Shown here: positions 22,963-37,943 of the stretch, one piece after another
Layout: each line of letters begins with the position of its first letter
Position numbering within the stretch: the stretch's first letter is position 1
NCBI GenBank assembly: GCA_964019335.1
Contig: OZ025682.1
Span: 62,001 to 126,000 of the forward strand
Source of the DNA: Diplonema japonicum
Taxonomy: Eukaryota > Protista > Euglenozoa: Diplonemea
DNA length: 64,000 nt
Direction: 5' to 3'
Program-made: the position numbers and the translations under genes
The notes under the pieces: model-generated
The model's input: the letters and a program-made list of their open reading frames with translations, nothing else
The model's database searches: none
What the model was told of the DNA's origin: nothing

Positions 22963-24386
22963 CACAAAAAAAAGAGAGAAGATCAGAATACAAGCAACTT
23001 TAAAGGAAGCGTGTTTCTTTTTTGAATTACCCCCCCCCCCCTCTTTTCTCTCTTCTTTTTTTCGCAAAATAGAAGCAAAAGGTTGTGTGAATACCACATT
23101 TTTTAAATTATTAAGTTGGGCTCTAAGACAATCTGCGTGTTTTTTTTTTTTTTTTTTTTTTTTTTCCCTTCTTCCTTTTTTTTTTCCCTCGGAAAGTATT
23201 TTTTAGACCAAAAGCCTTTTCCTCACACCTTTTTTTATATTTTTTTTTCCCTCGAAAAAAAAAAGAGTCACAACAGACCTGGGCCCTCTTCCTTCTTGTT
23301 GTGACAGATTGCATTTTGTGGGACCCTTGCGGTACACATTCAAGGCTGAATCTTTTTTTTTTCTTTGTCATGCAGCAAGAAACTTTCGTCTCAGGGAGCC
23401 TGCATGTTAGTTTGATTTTTTTTTCCCCGTCATAGAGACCCAACGTGGAAAGCAAAAAAATTTTTTTGGTCTCTATGGATGGACAGCTGAAGAAAAAAAA
23501 AAAAGAAAGGAACACTCGAAGAATACTTATCCCTTTTTTCCCCTCTTTTTTTTCCCCTTTTTTTTTATACTTCCAGTGAAATCTATGAGCCCATATATCT
23601 CAAGGTGCATGACAATGGTTTTCCATTGTCACGAACTAAGTGTGCTATAGATTTTTTTTTTTGAACCAGGAAAGGAAGCGAGAAAAAAAAAAGAGGGTGT
23701 GGTGGTAAGCGAAAAAAAAAAAAACCTTTTTTCTGGTAAATAATATTCTTGAGTTTTATTATTAACTCTCCTCAATTTTTACAATGCGCTCCTCCCACCC
23801 CATTCAAAAAAAAAAAAAAAAAAAAAAAAACGGGGAACAGGCCAAACACAATTTGGAGGTGGGGGTTTTTTTTTTGTTGTGAAATAAAATTGAGAGAAAT
23901 ATGTGCAACGCCTCTCTTTACAAGAATGTCCTTTTTTTATATATTTTTCCGGCTCATCACTTCAATGTGCTGCTGGTGAAAAAGAATAAAAAAGAAAAAA
24001 AAAAAAGGAAGAAAAAAAAAAAGGGGGGAAGAGAAAGTAAGAAAACAAAATATGTGTGTTGGCAATTTTAAAAAAAAAAAGTAAAGAGCCGAGAGCCGTG
24101 TGTTCGTGCAAAAGGTTAGTGCGAAGCAAAAAGTAAACATGTGTCAGTAGAGGGGGAAAAAAGAAAAGGCCGCACCCTCAGTTAAAAGGATACATTCTTT
24201 TGTCTCTGCCTTCTCATCCTCCCTTTTTTCTTTTTTTTTTTTTAATCCCACCCCCCACTTTCCCACTCCCTTTTCTTTCCCCTCATCCTCATCCTCCTCA
24301 TGATTCGGCGACTTCTTTTTTCTTTTTATATATATATCTATATTTTCTGTTCTCCATTCGGCAAACTGCAAACAACAGCACATTAA

Positions 24387-25775
<1,389 letters not shown>

Positions 25776-26058
25776 GAATGACCGCTACGTCCCCTGTCCC
25801 TGTCCCTATCCCTGTCCCTATGTCCCCTTTTTGTAAACCCTTTTCACCTCCCTTTCATCCGATATTTTCCCCTCCATGTTTTTATGTTCCCAACCACAAA
25901 CTTCATCGTTTTCTCTTTTTTTCTTTTTCTTTTTCATTTTTTCTACCACCCCCAATTCCCAACTCCCTTTTATTTGATCCCCACTTTTTTTCTTCATTCT
26001 TTTTTCGTTGCCTCCTGCCTAATCCCAAAACCCTGTAAAAGATAGGAGAGAGCACGGG

Positions 26059-26090
<32 letters not shown>

Positions 26091-26093
<3 letters not shown>

Positions 26094-26597
26094 TCCGCTG
26101 TATTAACAATCGCGTTGGTGGCCATGCTGACATCGAAGGGGAGCGTATGTAGTGTAGCGACCGTTAAGGGAGCGGCAGTGGCGCCTGCAGTCTGCGCGTC
26201 TGGGGAGGTTGAGAATGGCGGCGAATGCACATTTGTCCCAGTACCTGGTTATGTGTGTGCAGGAGGAGGCAAACCAGTACCATGCAGTGAAGGGGGCACC
26301 ATTACCGACCGCTGCCAGCGAAAGAAACGCCACAGGGGCTGCTACAACATAGACCACAATACCTCCTTCAGCCACCTGGCGTACTATGGGGCGCAGAACA
26401 CGGTCCAACGCTGTAGTGCCTTGTGCTCCGAAGCGGGTTACGCTTTCGGTGCATTGGAGAAGCGGTCAGAATGTTGGTGTGGAAACTCCATCCACACAGC
26501 CCAGCGGACGGTGGGCTCAGCCTGCAACATGAAGTGCTCTGGAGACAGACGGCAACCTTGCGGTGGACTTCACCGTGCCACCATAATCGCAGTGTAG
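26091..26597 (+). CDS. Small secreted WSC-domain protein with an N-terminal Cys-rich module
   Basis: Signal-like N-terminus; WSC pattern GCY...TVQRCSALC...Y.FGALE...ECWCGN...CNMKCSGD....CGG. Confidence 0.85.
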
Positions 26598-28228
26598 AGA
26601 AGCCCTGGTCTCGAAGTAGTTAGTAGTTTTCGCAAAAATGCAGGAAGTTGACAGGCATTCTTCATTATTTAAAAAGAAGGAAAAATATATATATATATAT
26701 ATATATATATTATTCAAAGATGCAATATGGTTGGGAAGGAAAAAATGATAATAAACATGTATTATTTTATTTATTTTTTTGTGCCGAGTAAAGGATTTAG
26801 TTTTTTTTTTTTTTTTTTTTTTGCTTCCATCCCCCCCCCCCCCCCTTTACTTGAGCAGAAAAAAAAAGAAAATACTGTGACAAGCGAAAAATTCCAGAAG
26901 AGAAAAATTTCGGAGTGACAAACTCCCGGAAGCGAAAAAAAAAAAAAAAAAAAAAAAAAAGCCCCGGATATTTTTCTCCATCGGCATTTTCGGCTTGGGG
27001 GAGGGGAGGGGGAGTTTTTTTTTTTTGACGACATAACCTTCTTGTTCAAACCACTCTTACTCCACCTCATTCTTCAATGTCCTCTAACTCGAAGCAAAGT
27101 GCCTTGAGCATTGGTTCCTGTAGAGTGCCAAGGTAGCCCCAGAAAGAAACCCAACAACCCCAAAAGGTCGCAAAGGCAAGGATTGGGAAATACGCCCCGG
27201 CATTACGGAGGTTAAAGTTTAGTAAGCGCCTTCTTGAAGACAGTGTTCTCCCCGTAAGCCCCTCAAGTGAAAAAATTTCCGGTGGAGAAAAATGCCGGAG
27301 TGACAAACCCCCCGGGGGGGGGGGATAATAATAAAAAAAAGCCCGGATCTTTTTCTCTTCCGGATATTTTTTTTTTTTTTTTTTCGTTTTGCACTAAAAT
27401 ATATTGCTATTTTTTTTCTTCTTCTTTTTTTTTTTTTCTCTCTTTTCTTTTTTTTTTTCTTCTTTTTTTTTTCTTTTATATTTTCACGTCACTACTACCG
27501 ACGCCGTAACACGTTGTTTTTGACAATTAAAAAAAAAAAAAAGAGAAAAAGTCAAAAATAAGACTGAAACAGGCGCTGTGGCTGTGAGTGATTTCTCTAT
27601 CTTTTTTTTTTTGTATTTTTTTTAAACAGGAGGCATGGTATAATACTTCCTGTTTCTGGCCTCCATTGTTTTTTTCTTTTCTTTTTTTTCCTCTTTTTGA
27701 ATTTACTCTTTTTTTTACCCAGATAAGGGTAACTAATGAAAGAATGGGGGGGGGGGGGGGGGGGAGGAACCTTAAGCTTAAGACGTGGTTAACGGGGAAA
27801 AAAAGTTGGAAGTAGGAAAAATAAAATAAAAAATGTTTCAGCCGCCTGTTGGGGAGGGCTCGGAACTCGCAAAAAAAAGTTTATTTTTAAACTGCATGAT
27901 CCTTCTTTAACATTGCACTATTTTCATGAAATAAAAAAAATACTTCCGAACTTCTCCACGAAATGCGCTCCTCCTCTATCTCCCCCCCCCGCCCCCCCTT
28001 TTTTTTACTGCGAGCGGGGGGGGGGGCAAAAGTAACTTTCCCCTCCTTGAACTTACCCCTCGTTAACATTATCCATTTTACTTCCTCTCGTATCTCTCAT
28101 TTCCAATTTCTATCTTTTTTTTTTTTTTTTGCATTGCAACTTGCTTTTGCAAATTACGCCTCCCCTTCCACCTTCCTAGTTCCTCTCTATCCTAAGGGTT
28201 GTTATGACCCCAAGCCGCTATCTTTTAG

Positions 28229-29653
<1,425 letters not shown>

Positions 29654-30034
29654 GAATGACCGCTACGTCCCCTGTCCCTGTCCCCCCCTATTCATTTTGT
29701 AACCCATTTCATTTCACATTGTTCCCTTCATCTTCCGTCTTTACCCCCCTCCCCCCTTCAAAACCCCAACCACAAACTCCTTTTTTTTTTTTACTCCCTT
29801 TTTTCCAGTTTCCCCAAAAAGAAACCTTGCCCAGTTTCCTATTAATATTTCGATCTCTTTCGGTCTTCTTTGATCGAGGGAGGGGGAAAAAAATAGTCTA
29901 ACTGCTTGCTTTCTTACTCTCCCCCCACCACCGTTTCGACCCAACCACATTTTTCATTACCCCTCCCTTTTTTTTTCTCTCATGTGAAAAACAAAAAACA
30001 CACGCACATCAGAAAACTTTTTTATTAGAAAAAA

Positions 30035-30484
30035 ATGGCCGCACTTACCGATGAGCAAATCAAGGAGGCATTCAACCTCTTCGACGCGGATGGCTCTGGG
30101 GCTATCGATGCTGAGGAGATGGCCCTTGCGATGAAGGGTCTCGGGTTCGGGGACCAGCCCAGGGAGGAGATCGAGAAGATGATCCGTTCCATTGACACCG
30201 ACGCCAACGGGCTGATCGAGTACCCCGAGTTCGAGAAGATGATGAAGGCGAAGATGGCACAGAAGGACTCCCCGGAAGAAATCTTCAAGGCCTTCCAGCT
30301 TTTCGACATGGACAAGACCGGCAAGATCTCCTTCGCCAACCTGAAGGAGGTCGCAAAGCTCCTTGGCGAGAACCCCGGTGACGACGTGCTCCAGGAGATG
30401 ATCGCTGAGGCCGACGAGGACCGTGACGGTGAGATCTCCTTCGAGGAGTTCAAGAACGTCATGATACAGATGAAGGGGAAATAG
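30035..30484 (+). CDS. CEN: Centrin (149 aa, Leishmania CEN1 / T. brucei centrin-4 type)
   Basis: Four EF-hands ([36 protein letters not shown]). [16 protein letters not shown] start and [20 protein letters not shown] motifs match the kinetoplastid short centrin. Confidence 0.95.
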   Translation: MAALTDEQIKEAFNLFDADGSGAIDAEEMALAMKGLGFGDQPREEIEKMIRSIDTDANGLIEYPEFEKMMKAKMAQKDSPEEIFKAFQLFDMDKTGKISFANLKEVAKLLGENPGDDVLQEMIAEADEDRDGEISFEEFKNVMIQMKGK

Positions 30485-30737
30485 AAAACTTTTTTATTTT
30501 TATTTTCTTATTCTTTTTTTTTCTTTTTGGGTTTTATTTTATTCCTCTTTGAAGTGTTTCCCCCACCCCCGCCCCCTTCCTTTTTTTGTAAACGTTTCTT
30601 TTTTTATTATTCCCCCCCACTTGTTTTTTTATTGTGTCCCACCACCCCCTCCTCCCCCCCCCACCATTTCTTTTTCTAATATTCTTTCTCCCCCCTCCCC
30701 CTCCGGAATGTCACAATAAACACAGGCCTATAATGCG

Positions 30738-33544
30738 ATGAAGTCCCACGGCGTGAGTATTTCAAGTTTAACCGCCGTGGTGCTGTGCTGCGCTGCGGTG
30801 GGGGTGGAAGGTCTGTATCAGGAGGACGCAGGACGGTGGGATTGGCAGAAGAGCAATTTTAGAAATGTAAGAGATGTATGCGTCACAGGGAAGAAGGTGT
30901 ATGTCGCTGCCGAGGGGGTTGTGGGGGCTGTGGCGGGGAAGAGCGGGAACCTTGTATGGAGGAGAAAGGTGCCTGGTGATGTGCTGTACGTAAGGAAGAC
31001 AGGTGGTCTAGTCATCGCGGTCACAGGGGATTCCGTGCACGCCTTCTCCGATGAAGGCGCGCTGATGTGGGAGCAAGGTCTTCCCTCCCCCTCCACAAAC
31101 ACACCGATCGGGATCTCAGGCGAGACCGGTGAGGAATGGCCATGCGTGCTAACGATCAACCCCACCACCGCCACCCTCACTGCCCTTCCCATCCAGATCG
31201 ACGGCGCTTCCCTGAAATTCGGGTCCCCCGTCGCCGCGCCCCTCCCCGGGACTCTTCCCTACGCCCAGATCGCCTCCATCAAGGTCACAGACGGCTCGGT
31301 TCACATTCTGACCGTGACCTCTGTCCTACACGAACTGCAGCTCGCCAGCTCCCAGTGGATGCTCGCCAAAGAGCTTCCCGAGAAGTCCTCCGACTGGGCT
31401 TTCGGCCCCGGCGACGCTGCCACCATCACCGCCTATTCCAAAACCCTCCAGAAGTGTTTCGAGAAGAACATGGCCGACACCCGCCCCGCAGCGTCAGGGT
31501 GCCTTCTTGCCGGTGGTGCACTGGACACCTCTGCCCACTCTGCCTCCATGGGCAGCGTGGCTGACGTGTGGTCCTCGATGCAGGGCACAGGGCAGCGCAC
31601 GGTGGTGAAGTTCGAGACTGGTGACCTTGCTTTGTTCCAAAACGGTGAGCTGACGTGGACAAGGGACGATGGCCTGGCACTGGTGGAGTCCGTGAAGGCT
31701 TACGACATCCCCGATGAGGAGTCGGACGACCAGGTGCACACACCCATTGAGGAGTACATGCACATCCTGCACCACCAGTGGTCTGAGGTGCAGCGCATGT
31801 TGAGTGACGCCCCCCGCATCGTCAACGGGGTGATGGACTACGTCGTCCACAGGAAGCTCCCGCAGCCTGTCGAGCAGGACAACGCACGCGACATCGGCTT
31901 CGGGCTGCAGAAGACACTTGTGATGGCATCGCCGAAGGCAGTCTTCTCTGTGTCCTCGTTGAACGGCAGCCTCGCGTGGAAGGTGGCAGCTTCGTCGCTG
32001 CTGACTGCCGACGAGGTCCGCATCAACAAGGTGTTCATCACCCTGGCAACGGCTACACAGCACAGCCACCCGCACCTTTACGTGTGGGCCACGGGTGTCA
32101 CGGGCGGTGTTGAGAAGGACTACATGATGGAGCTTTCTGCTGCAAACGGCGAGAAAATCTCGATGAAGGAGATCTCAGCAGGGATCGAGGTGGTGTTCGA
32201 GACGGCGAACTACTTCAGGAACGGCTACACAACGTTGCTTGTGGTGAAGAAGGATGCCACCGCAGAGGTGTACCCCGCAGAGCACGTCAGGTCTGAGAAC
32301 TTCGACGATGGCGCGATGAGGTACCACACCTTCACGAAGTCCGGCGGGTCTGCTGCTGGGTACCACATCACACACGACATGAAGGTGGTGAAGACATGGT
32401 CGACAAACCTCCTGAGCGCACCTGAAGAGGTCGTGGTCACCTCCTCTCTCGAGACCTACAACCCGAAGGCCTTCATCTCCACCGACGTGATCCACGTGCA
32501 TGGGAACCATTCCACAGGGAAGAACGAAGTCCTGTCGAAGTACGTCAACAAGAACGCTTTCTTGGTCGTCACGGCGGTGCCTGCCGGCATCCTCAAGGAG
32601 GATGAACAGGACACAGAGCAGGCTACAGGGCTAAAACGTGACGGGTACCTGGTATGACGAAGAAAGAAAAAAAAAAATGTAACAATATAAAAAAAAAAAA
32701 AAAAAAGGTATTGTACCTGATCGACGGTATCACGGGGTCCATCGTCGCGTCAATGGTGCAGCCAAACGCAGTGGGGCACGTTGCGCTTGTCTCTTTGGAA
32801 CACATGTACCTCTACACGTTCTTCAACACGAAGAGGGTATGCTTGGGAGAGGGACGGAGGGGAAAAAAAATTTTTTTTTTATAGAAACGGTACCAACTCG
32901 GAGTCTGGAGCTTGTTCAAGGATACCGACCAGCACCGTGGGATGACGTCGGAGTCAACCACAAGCTTGAAATACATTACGCAGGCTGCGGTTGGTCTGCC
33001 TGAGAAGGTGAGCTACAGCAGCTTTGAGGTATGCTTTTACCACGATTCGTTTTTTTTTTAACCCATTTTTTCTTCACAGGAAGCTTCGCCTCAGGTTATC
33101 CCAGCTGCTTTTACATTCCCGTTGCCCGTGAAGCAGCTTGCAGTGACAGTAAGTGAGAAGGGTGTTGCTAACAAGCAGGTTATTGCCACACTGTCTACTG
33201 ACGAAATCGTCACCATTGACGTTCAAAAGCACATTGCCGCCAACCAGCAGCAAGGGAACTCTCTCATCTCTTGGATCCCCACCTCCCACCTGAACTACAA
33301 CACAACTGTTTTTGACGCGACGCGCTTGGCTACATTTTCCACAAAGCTCGAATCCACCTGTCTTGTCATGGCGTTTGGGTCCGATATCTTCTTCACCCGT
33401 ACCACGTCTGGTAAACCTTTCGACCTTCTTCCGGAAGACTTCGAGTACACCCTGCTTCTCCTCATTTCTTTCTTCATTGTCATTGCGACTGTACTCTGCT
33501 TGGTGATGTCGAAGAAGCAGGGCTTGAAGGCACAGTGGGCGTGA
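30738..33544 (+). CDS. EMC1: ER membrane protein complex subunit 1. Exons 30738-32651, 32708-32836, 32885-33028, 33080-33544
   Basis: Signal peptide then LYQEDAGRWDW, G.LVWRR PQQ-like repeats, FGLQK, VLSKYVNKN, LYLIDGITGSI, and KLESTCLVMAFGSDIFFTR...FDLLPEDF plus a TM helix and terminal W. Three GTATG..AG introns restore the frame. Confidence 0.92.
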
Positions 33545-33729
33545 GATGGTATTGTAGTGTCTCCTTTCTTTTTTTTTTTTTTAAAGTGTTATTATTCCGG
33601 ATTTTTTTTTTTTTTTTAGTGTTTTTTTTTTTTTTTTTTTTTTTTTGAGAATCACCAACTTCCCTTCTTTTTTTTTTTCTCTTTCCGGAAAAAAAAAAAA
33701 TAAAAAATTAAAAAAGAAAAAGAAAAATA

Positions 33730-34325
33730 ACTATTTATTGCCAACAAATAATGAGTCATTATTTAACTCGAGTTCCCGAATTTTTTGCACGAGGGCCCGC
33801 AGGGCCCGAGTGCAAAAAAACGGGTAACGAGTGTTAAATAATGGCTCATTTGGCGGCAAGTAAGTCGTTTTATTTCACTCTTCGTCATTTGAGTCACTCA
33901 CTCTTCACTGCTTTCACTGCTGTTTTTTTTCACGCAGGTCAGCTTTTTGGGGATTTTCCTAAGGTAATACAGGGTAGCTATTTCGCCGTGGCATTTAAAG
34001 GGGAAGTAAGGCACTTATTCCCACTTTTAAGGGCTGGAATGGCCTCAGATGGCCAAAAATAGTCAAAATACCCCCACCCCAAAAAAATTTTTCAAGGGGT
34101 TGGGTGCATTTTTTTCCACGACAAGACCCATTTTTTCACTCTGAAGGGCCATTATTTAACTGCAAAATCTCATTATTTAACTAGTTAAATAATGGCGATT
34201 TCGCGTTAAATAATGGCCGTTTCGCGTTAAATAATGGCCGTTTCGCGTTAAATAATGGCCATTTCGCGTTAAATAATGAGGCCCCTAGTGAGTGAAGAAA
34301 ATGACGAAGAGTGAAATAAAATAAA
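33730..34325. mobile_element. Non-autonomous hairpin/inverted-repeat element: ~130-nt palindrome, 35-bp inverted repeats and 21-bp tandem repeats
   Basis: Palindrome ~33734-33863 with apex GCAC-GA-GGGCCC-GCA-GGGCCC-GA-GTGC. Inverted repeat 33868-33902 vs 34287-34321 (32/35). About 4.5 copies of GTTAAATAATGGCCGTTTCGC at 34184-34279. Confidence 0.65.
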
Positions 34326-34542
34326 AAAGTCTTTCCTTTTTTTTTTTTATATTTTTTTTTTTTTGTGATCTTTCGTCTATTCCCCATTTTTCCACCCCCC
34401 ATTACGGATAACTAAACCAATCACAAAAAAAAAAAATCATCAAATATAAAAAAAAAGGGAGGGCGGGGGAGCAAAAGGGATTTTGCTGGGGTTTCTCCCA
34501 AAAGTTGTTCTATAAAAAAAAAAAAAAATCGAATAAAAAAAA

Positions 34543-37500
34543 ATGTCGGCACTAGGTGACCAAGACAAGAAGATCAAGGTAGCGGTGAGGATCAGACCGA
34601 AACACCCGGAGAAGGAGAGGTACGACACAAAATGCGTCACGAAAATGTCCGAGACCGACGTGGTGGTGTCGAACTCAGACGTAACAGGAAAGGGCTCCAG
34701 ACCCGAGAACCTCCCCTTCAGCTTCGATTACGCCTTCGACCAGGATGATCAACAAATTGAAGTTTACAACGAAGCTGTTCTGGACCTGGTGGACTCCACA
34801 CTTGACGGTCATAACGCAACAGTCCTGGCCTACGGTCAAACAGGCAGTGGGAAAACCTTCACCATGCTTGGTGAGGTCGACGAAAATGGTGCATCTCTGC
34901 TTAAACCTAACTCCGGGCTCTTCCTCCGTGTCCTCACCGATCTCTTTTTATACAAAGAACGATGCGCTGGGCACATGCACGTAATGATCACTCTCTCAAT
35001 TATGGAGATCTACATCCAGGAGGTCCGCGATCTTTTGAACAACAAGAAAGTGCTCAAGGTGCAGACTATTAAGGACGACATCGCCATCCCCGATCTTCGC
35101 ATTGTCACTGTAGACAACTTGAGAGATGTGTTTCAGTACTTCAAGATCGCCGATAAGCAGCGTGTTGCTAAGAAGACCGCGATGAACGACACCTCCTCCA
35201 GGTCCCACGCTCTGTTTGTCATCGATCTTTTCCAGCAGGCGAAGACCAACACTACCCCTGAACCGCCTACCCTTGACTTCCTCACCAGGATCCTTCACGG
35301 GCAGGAGTCTGGTAAGGGTCTTGAGGTGCCAATTACCAAGGTATTGAGGGGGAAAAAAAAAAAAAAAAAAAGTCGCGAATCTGCCTGGTCGACCTTGCAG
35401 GGTCTGAGCGTATCGGTCGTTCCAAGGTTGAGGGCAAGATGAAGGAGGAGGCGATTGCCATTAATATGTCTTTAACGTATGTTCTTTTTTTTTTTCTCTT
35501 AAAAAAAAGGAATGGAAACCAATTTTTTTTTTTTAAATACAGTGTGTTGGGTACAGTTGTGACGAACCTGTACAAGGGCAGCAAGCACGTCTCGTACCGT
35601 GACTCCGCCTTGACTCTGACCCTGAAGTCTGTCTTCACGGACCCGAACTGCAAGGTCTTGCTATGTGCGAACCTGTCGCCCGCCAGCTCGTCCTTTTCCG
35701 AAACCAAATCCACCCTTACATTCGCCAACAAGGTTAAGGAGATCAAAGCCAGCTCCGTCACTGTCGACCCACAGGCAGAGATCGAGTACCTTGAGAGGCT
35801 CAAGAAACTTGAAGAGCTGTGCGGTGACCTCAGGATTGCCACCGTTTTGCATGAATTCATTTTGCAGTATGTCACTGGAAGAAAGAAGAAAAAAAAATCA
35901 CCTCAGAACCCCTGCGCGCATCCAGCACGTGCCTCTCAAGGACGAGGCGAAGAGGGCGCAGCTGCTGAAGGAAGTCTCCGCTTCCTACCGTGAGGAGGTT
36001 GCCAAGCGGAAAGCGATCAAAGCCCAGCAAGAGGAGGACGAGATCAACCGGTTAGCCAAGGAGATCGCTCAGAAGCAGATCGAGACCATGCAGGCCATGC
36101 AGCTCGACCTGCAGAACAAGATCGAGGCAGTGACCGAAGGCACAAAGGCCCTCGTGACGGAAATCGCCAAGGCAGAGGCCGACAAGAAGGGCGAGATCGA
36201 GGCCAAGACCAACGAGGCGAAGAAGATAAGAAGGAACAGAAGGAACGCAGAGGAGAGAGTCACCACGCTGAAGCAAGAGAACGAAGCGCTCGAGCAGCAG
36301 ATCAGGGAACTGGACGCTGCCGTGTCGATGAAGGGCTCCGAGATGGGCAAGGACCAGGGCAGCTACTCGGCCAACGTGCAGCAGGAGGAAGAGGACGCAA
36401 AGCGCTCGGAGGAGCACCATGAAAGCGCACAGGAAATGTACGAAAAGATCGTGCACCTGCGCAACCACCAGGTGGACTACATCAGACAGAAGATCGTCTG
36501 TCTAGATGCCGAGAAGGCCGCCAAGGGCCCCCAGAACTTCATTGCCTACCCCTTCATCGCGTCCCTTGTCGACTGGATCGCAGACCGTGCAGCACGCATC
36601 GGTGCCAAGCAGGCCACCTTGTCCGACGGTGAATCGTGCGAGCACCTCACGAAGCTTCTCCCCACAGAATCCTGGCCCAACCCCCTGAACCTCACAAAGA
36701 CAAGGCTCCCTGCCGATGACAGCGAAGACATCATCGACGCACCCATCGAGAGCGACTACGAGGACGACGACGACACCGTCGCACCCGTCACCACCGTGCA
36801 GGAGGTCCGCCAGAAGGCCGCCATGGCTGCAGGGACAACCGCCGCCGCAGTTGAGAACAACGCTGTGAAGCCGATCCAATACGATTTCCTCTCCGCACAG
36901 CAGAAGAAGGATCAAAGCGACAAGAAGGACAAGGAAGCCGACGCCAAACTGCGCCAGAAGAACGCACACGCAGAGCGGGTCGCAAACCGCGCACACTCGC
37001 ACACCGACGTGACAAAGCCGTACGACGAGGAGGAGGCCGACAAGCACTACCTCATGAGCGTGTACGACAGGGACCATCTGGTGTCGGACTTGCTCAAGTA
37101 TCTGCAATGCGGGACAGTCCTCATGAAGCACGGCAGACAGGGCAAACCGCATAAAAGGAAGTTCTGGATCGAGGGACAGACGGAACTCGTCTACTCTGAG
37201 GAGCCCTCGACCACAGGCCAGGCACACGGGGGTGGCAAAGACAAGAAGACGATCCCACTGTCGAGCGTCACGGCCATTGTGTTGGGCATGTTCTCAAAGG
37301 TCTTCAAGAGGAGCAAACCCACACCGGCCACTGATGGATTCTATCAGGCGTTCACACTGGTGATTAAAGGCGGCTCGCGTACGATAGACGTGGTGGCTGA
37401 GACCGTCTCTGAGTTCGAGGCATGGTTGTTGGGGCTGTCGAACCTGTTGAAGCTCGAGCCCACGTGGGGAGAACCTTTGGAATTCTCCCAACTTCCCAGC

Positions 37501-37943
37501 TCTGATGAAGAGAAGGCAGCCCGTTCCATGACCCCCAGGGAACGGGAGGCCTGTCAGATGCATCACATTCGTCCTAGCCACCTCATCTCCGTCCGTCGTG
37601 TGGTCGAAGAAAAGCGGGAGGAAGTCTTGGCCAACAGACGCTTGTTCGACGGGGATATGGGGAAGGTCTTCCAGGCCATGGGTGGTATCCATGCCCCTTC
37701 CCTTGACACCAACAACGCCCTTCTTATGACGAAGGTTTGTGAAGGGGGGGGGGGAAAAAAAACGAACAAAAATCAGGGTGAGCTGCGTTACTACACTGAT
37801 ATTGATATTTTCCGTACATGTGTTATCTGGAAGCTTTTCCATGAGCAGGTTTGTTTTTTTTTTTTTTTTTTTTTTTTCCCAATGTAACACAACAACAGAA
37901 CTTGATACATGACCCGAAGTTCCGCTTACCCACTGTCGGTTGA
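34543..37943 (+). CDS. Kinesin with N-terminal motor, coiled coil and C-terminal PH-like domain. Exons 34543-35340, 35373-35476, 35543-35866, 35907-37734, 37777-37848, 37899-37943
   Basis: IKVAVRIRP, FSFDYAF, P-loop AYGQTGSGKTFTM, switch I NDTSSRSH, switch II DLAGSER (after splicing), HVSYRDSALT, ETKSTLTFA. PH-like GTVLMKHGRQGKPHKRKFW...RTIDVVAE...FEAWLLGL. Confidence 0.9.

Noticed and set aside
26895-27370. Degenerate direct repeats (CGGAGTGACAAAC...AAAAGCCCGGA), and another degenerate pair at ~52950 and ~53545
   Set aside because: Too short and decayed to define an element without genome-wide copies.
34184-34279. 21-bp repeats as a CRISPR array
   Set aside because: Head-to-tail units with no unique spacers, no cas genes, eukaryotic context.
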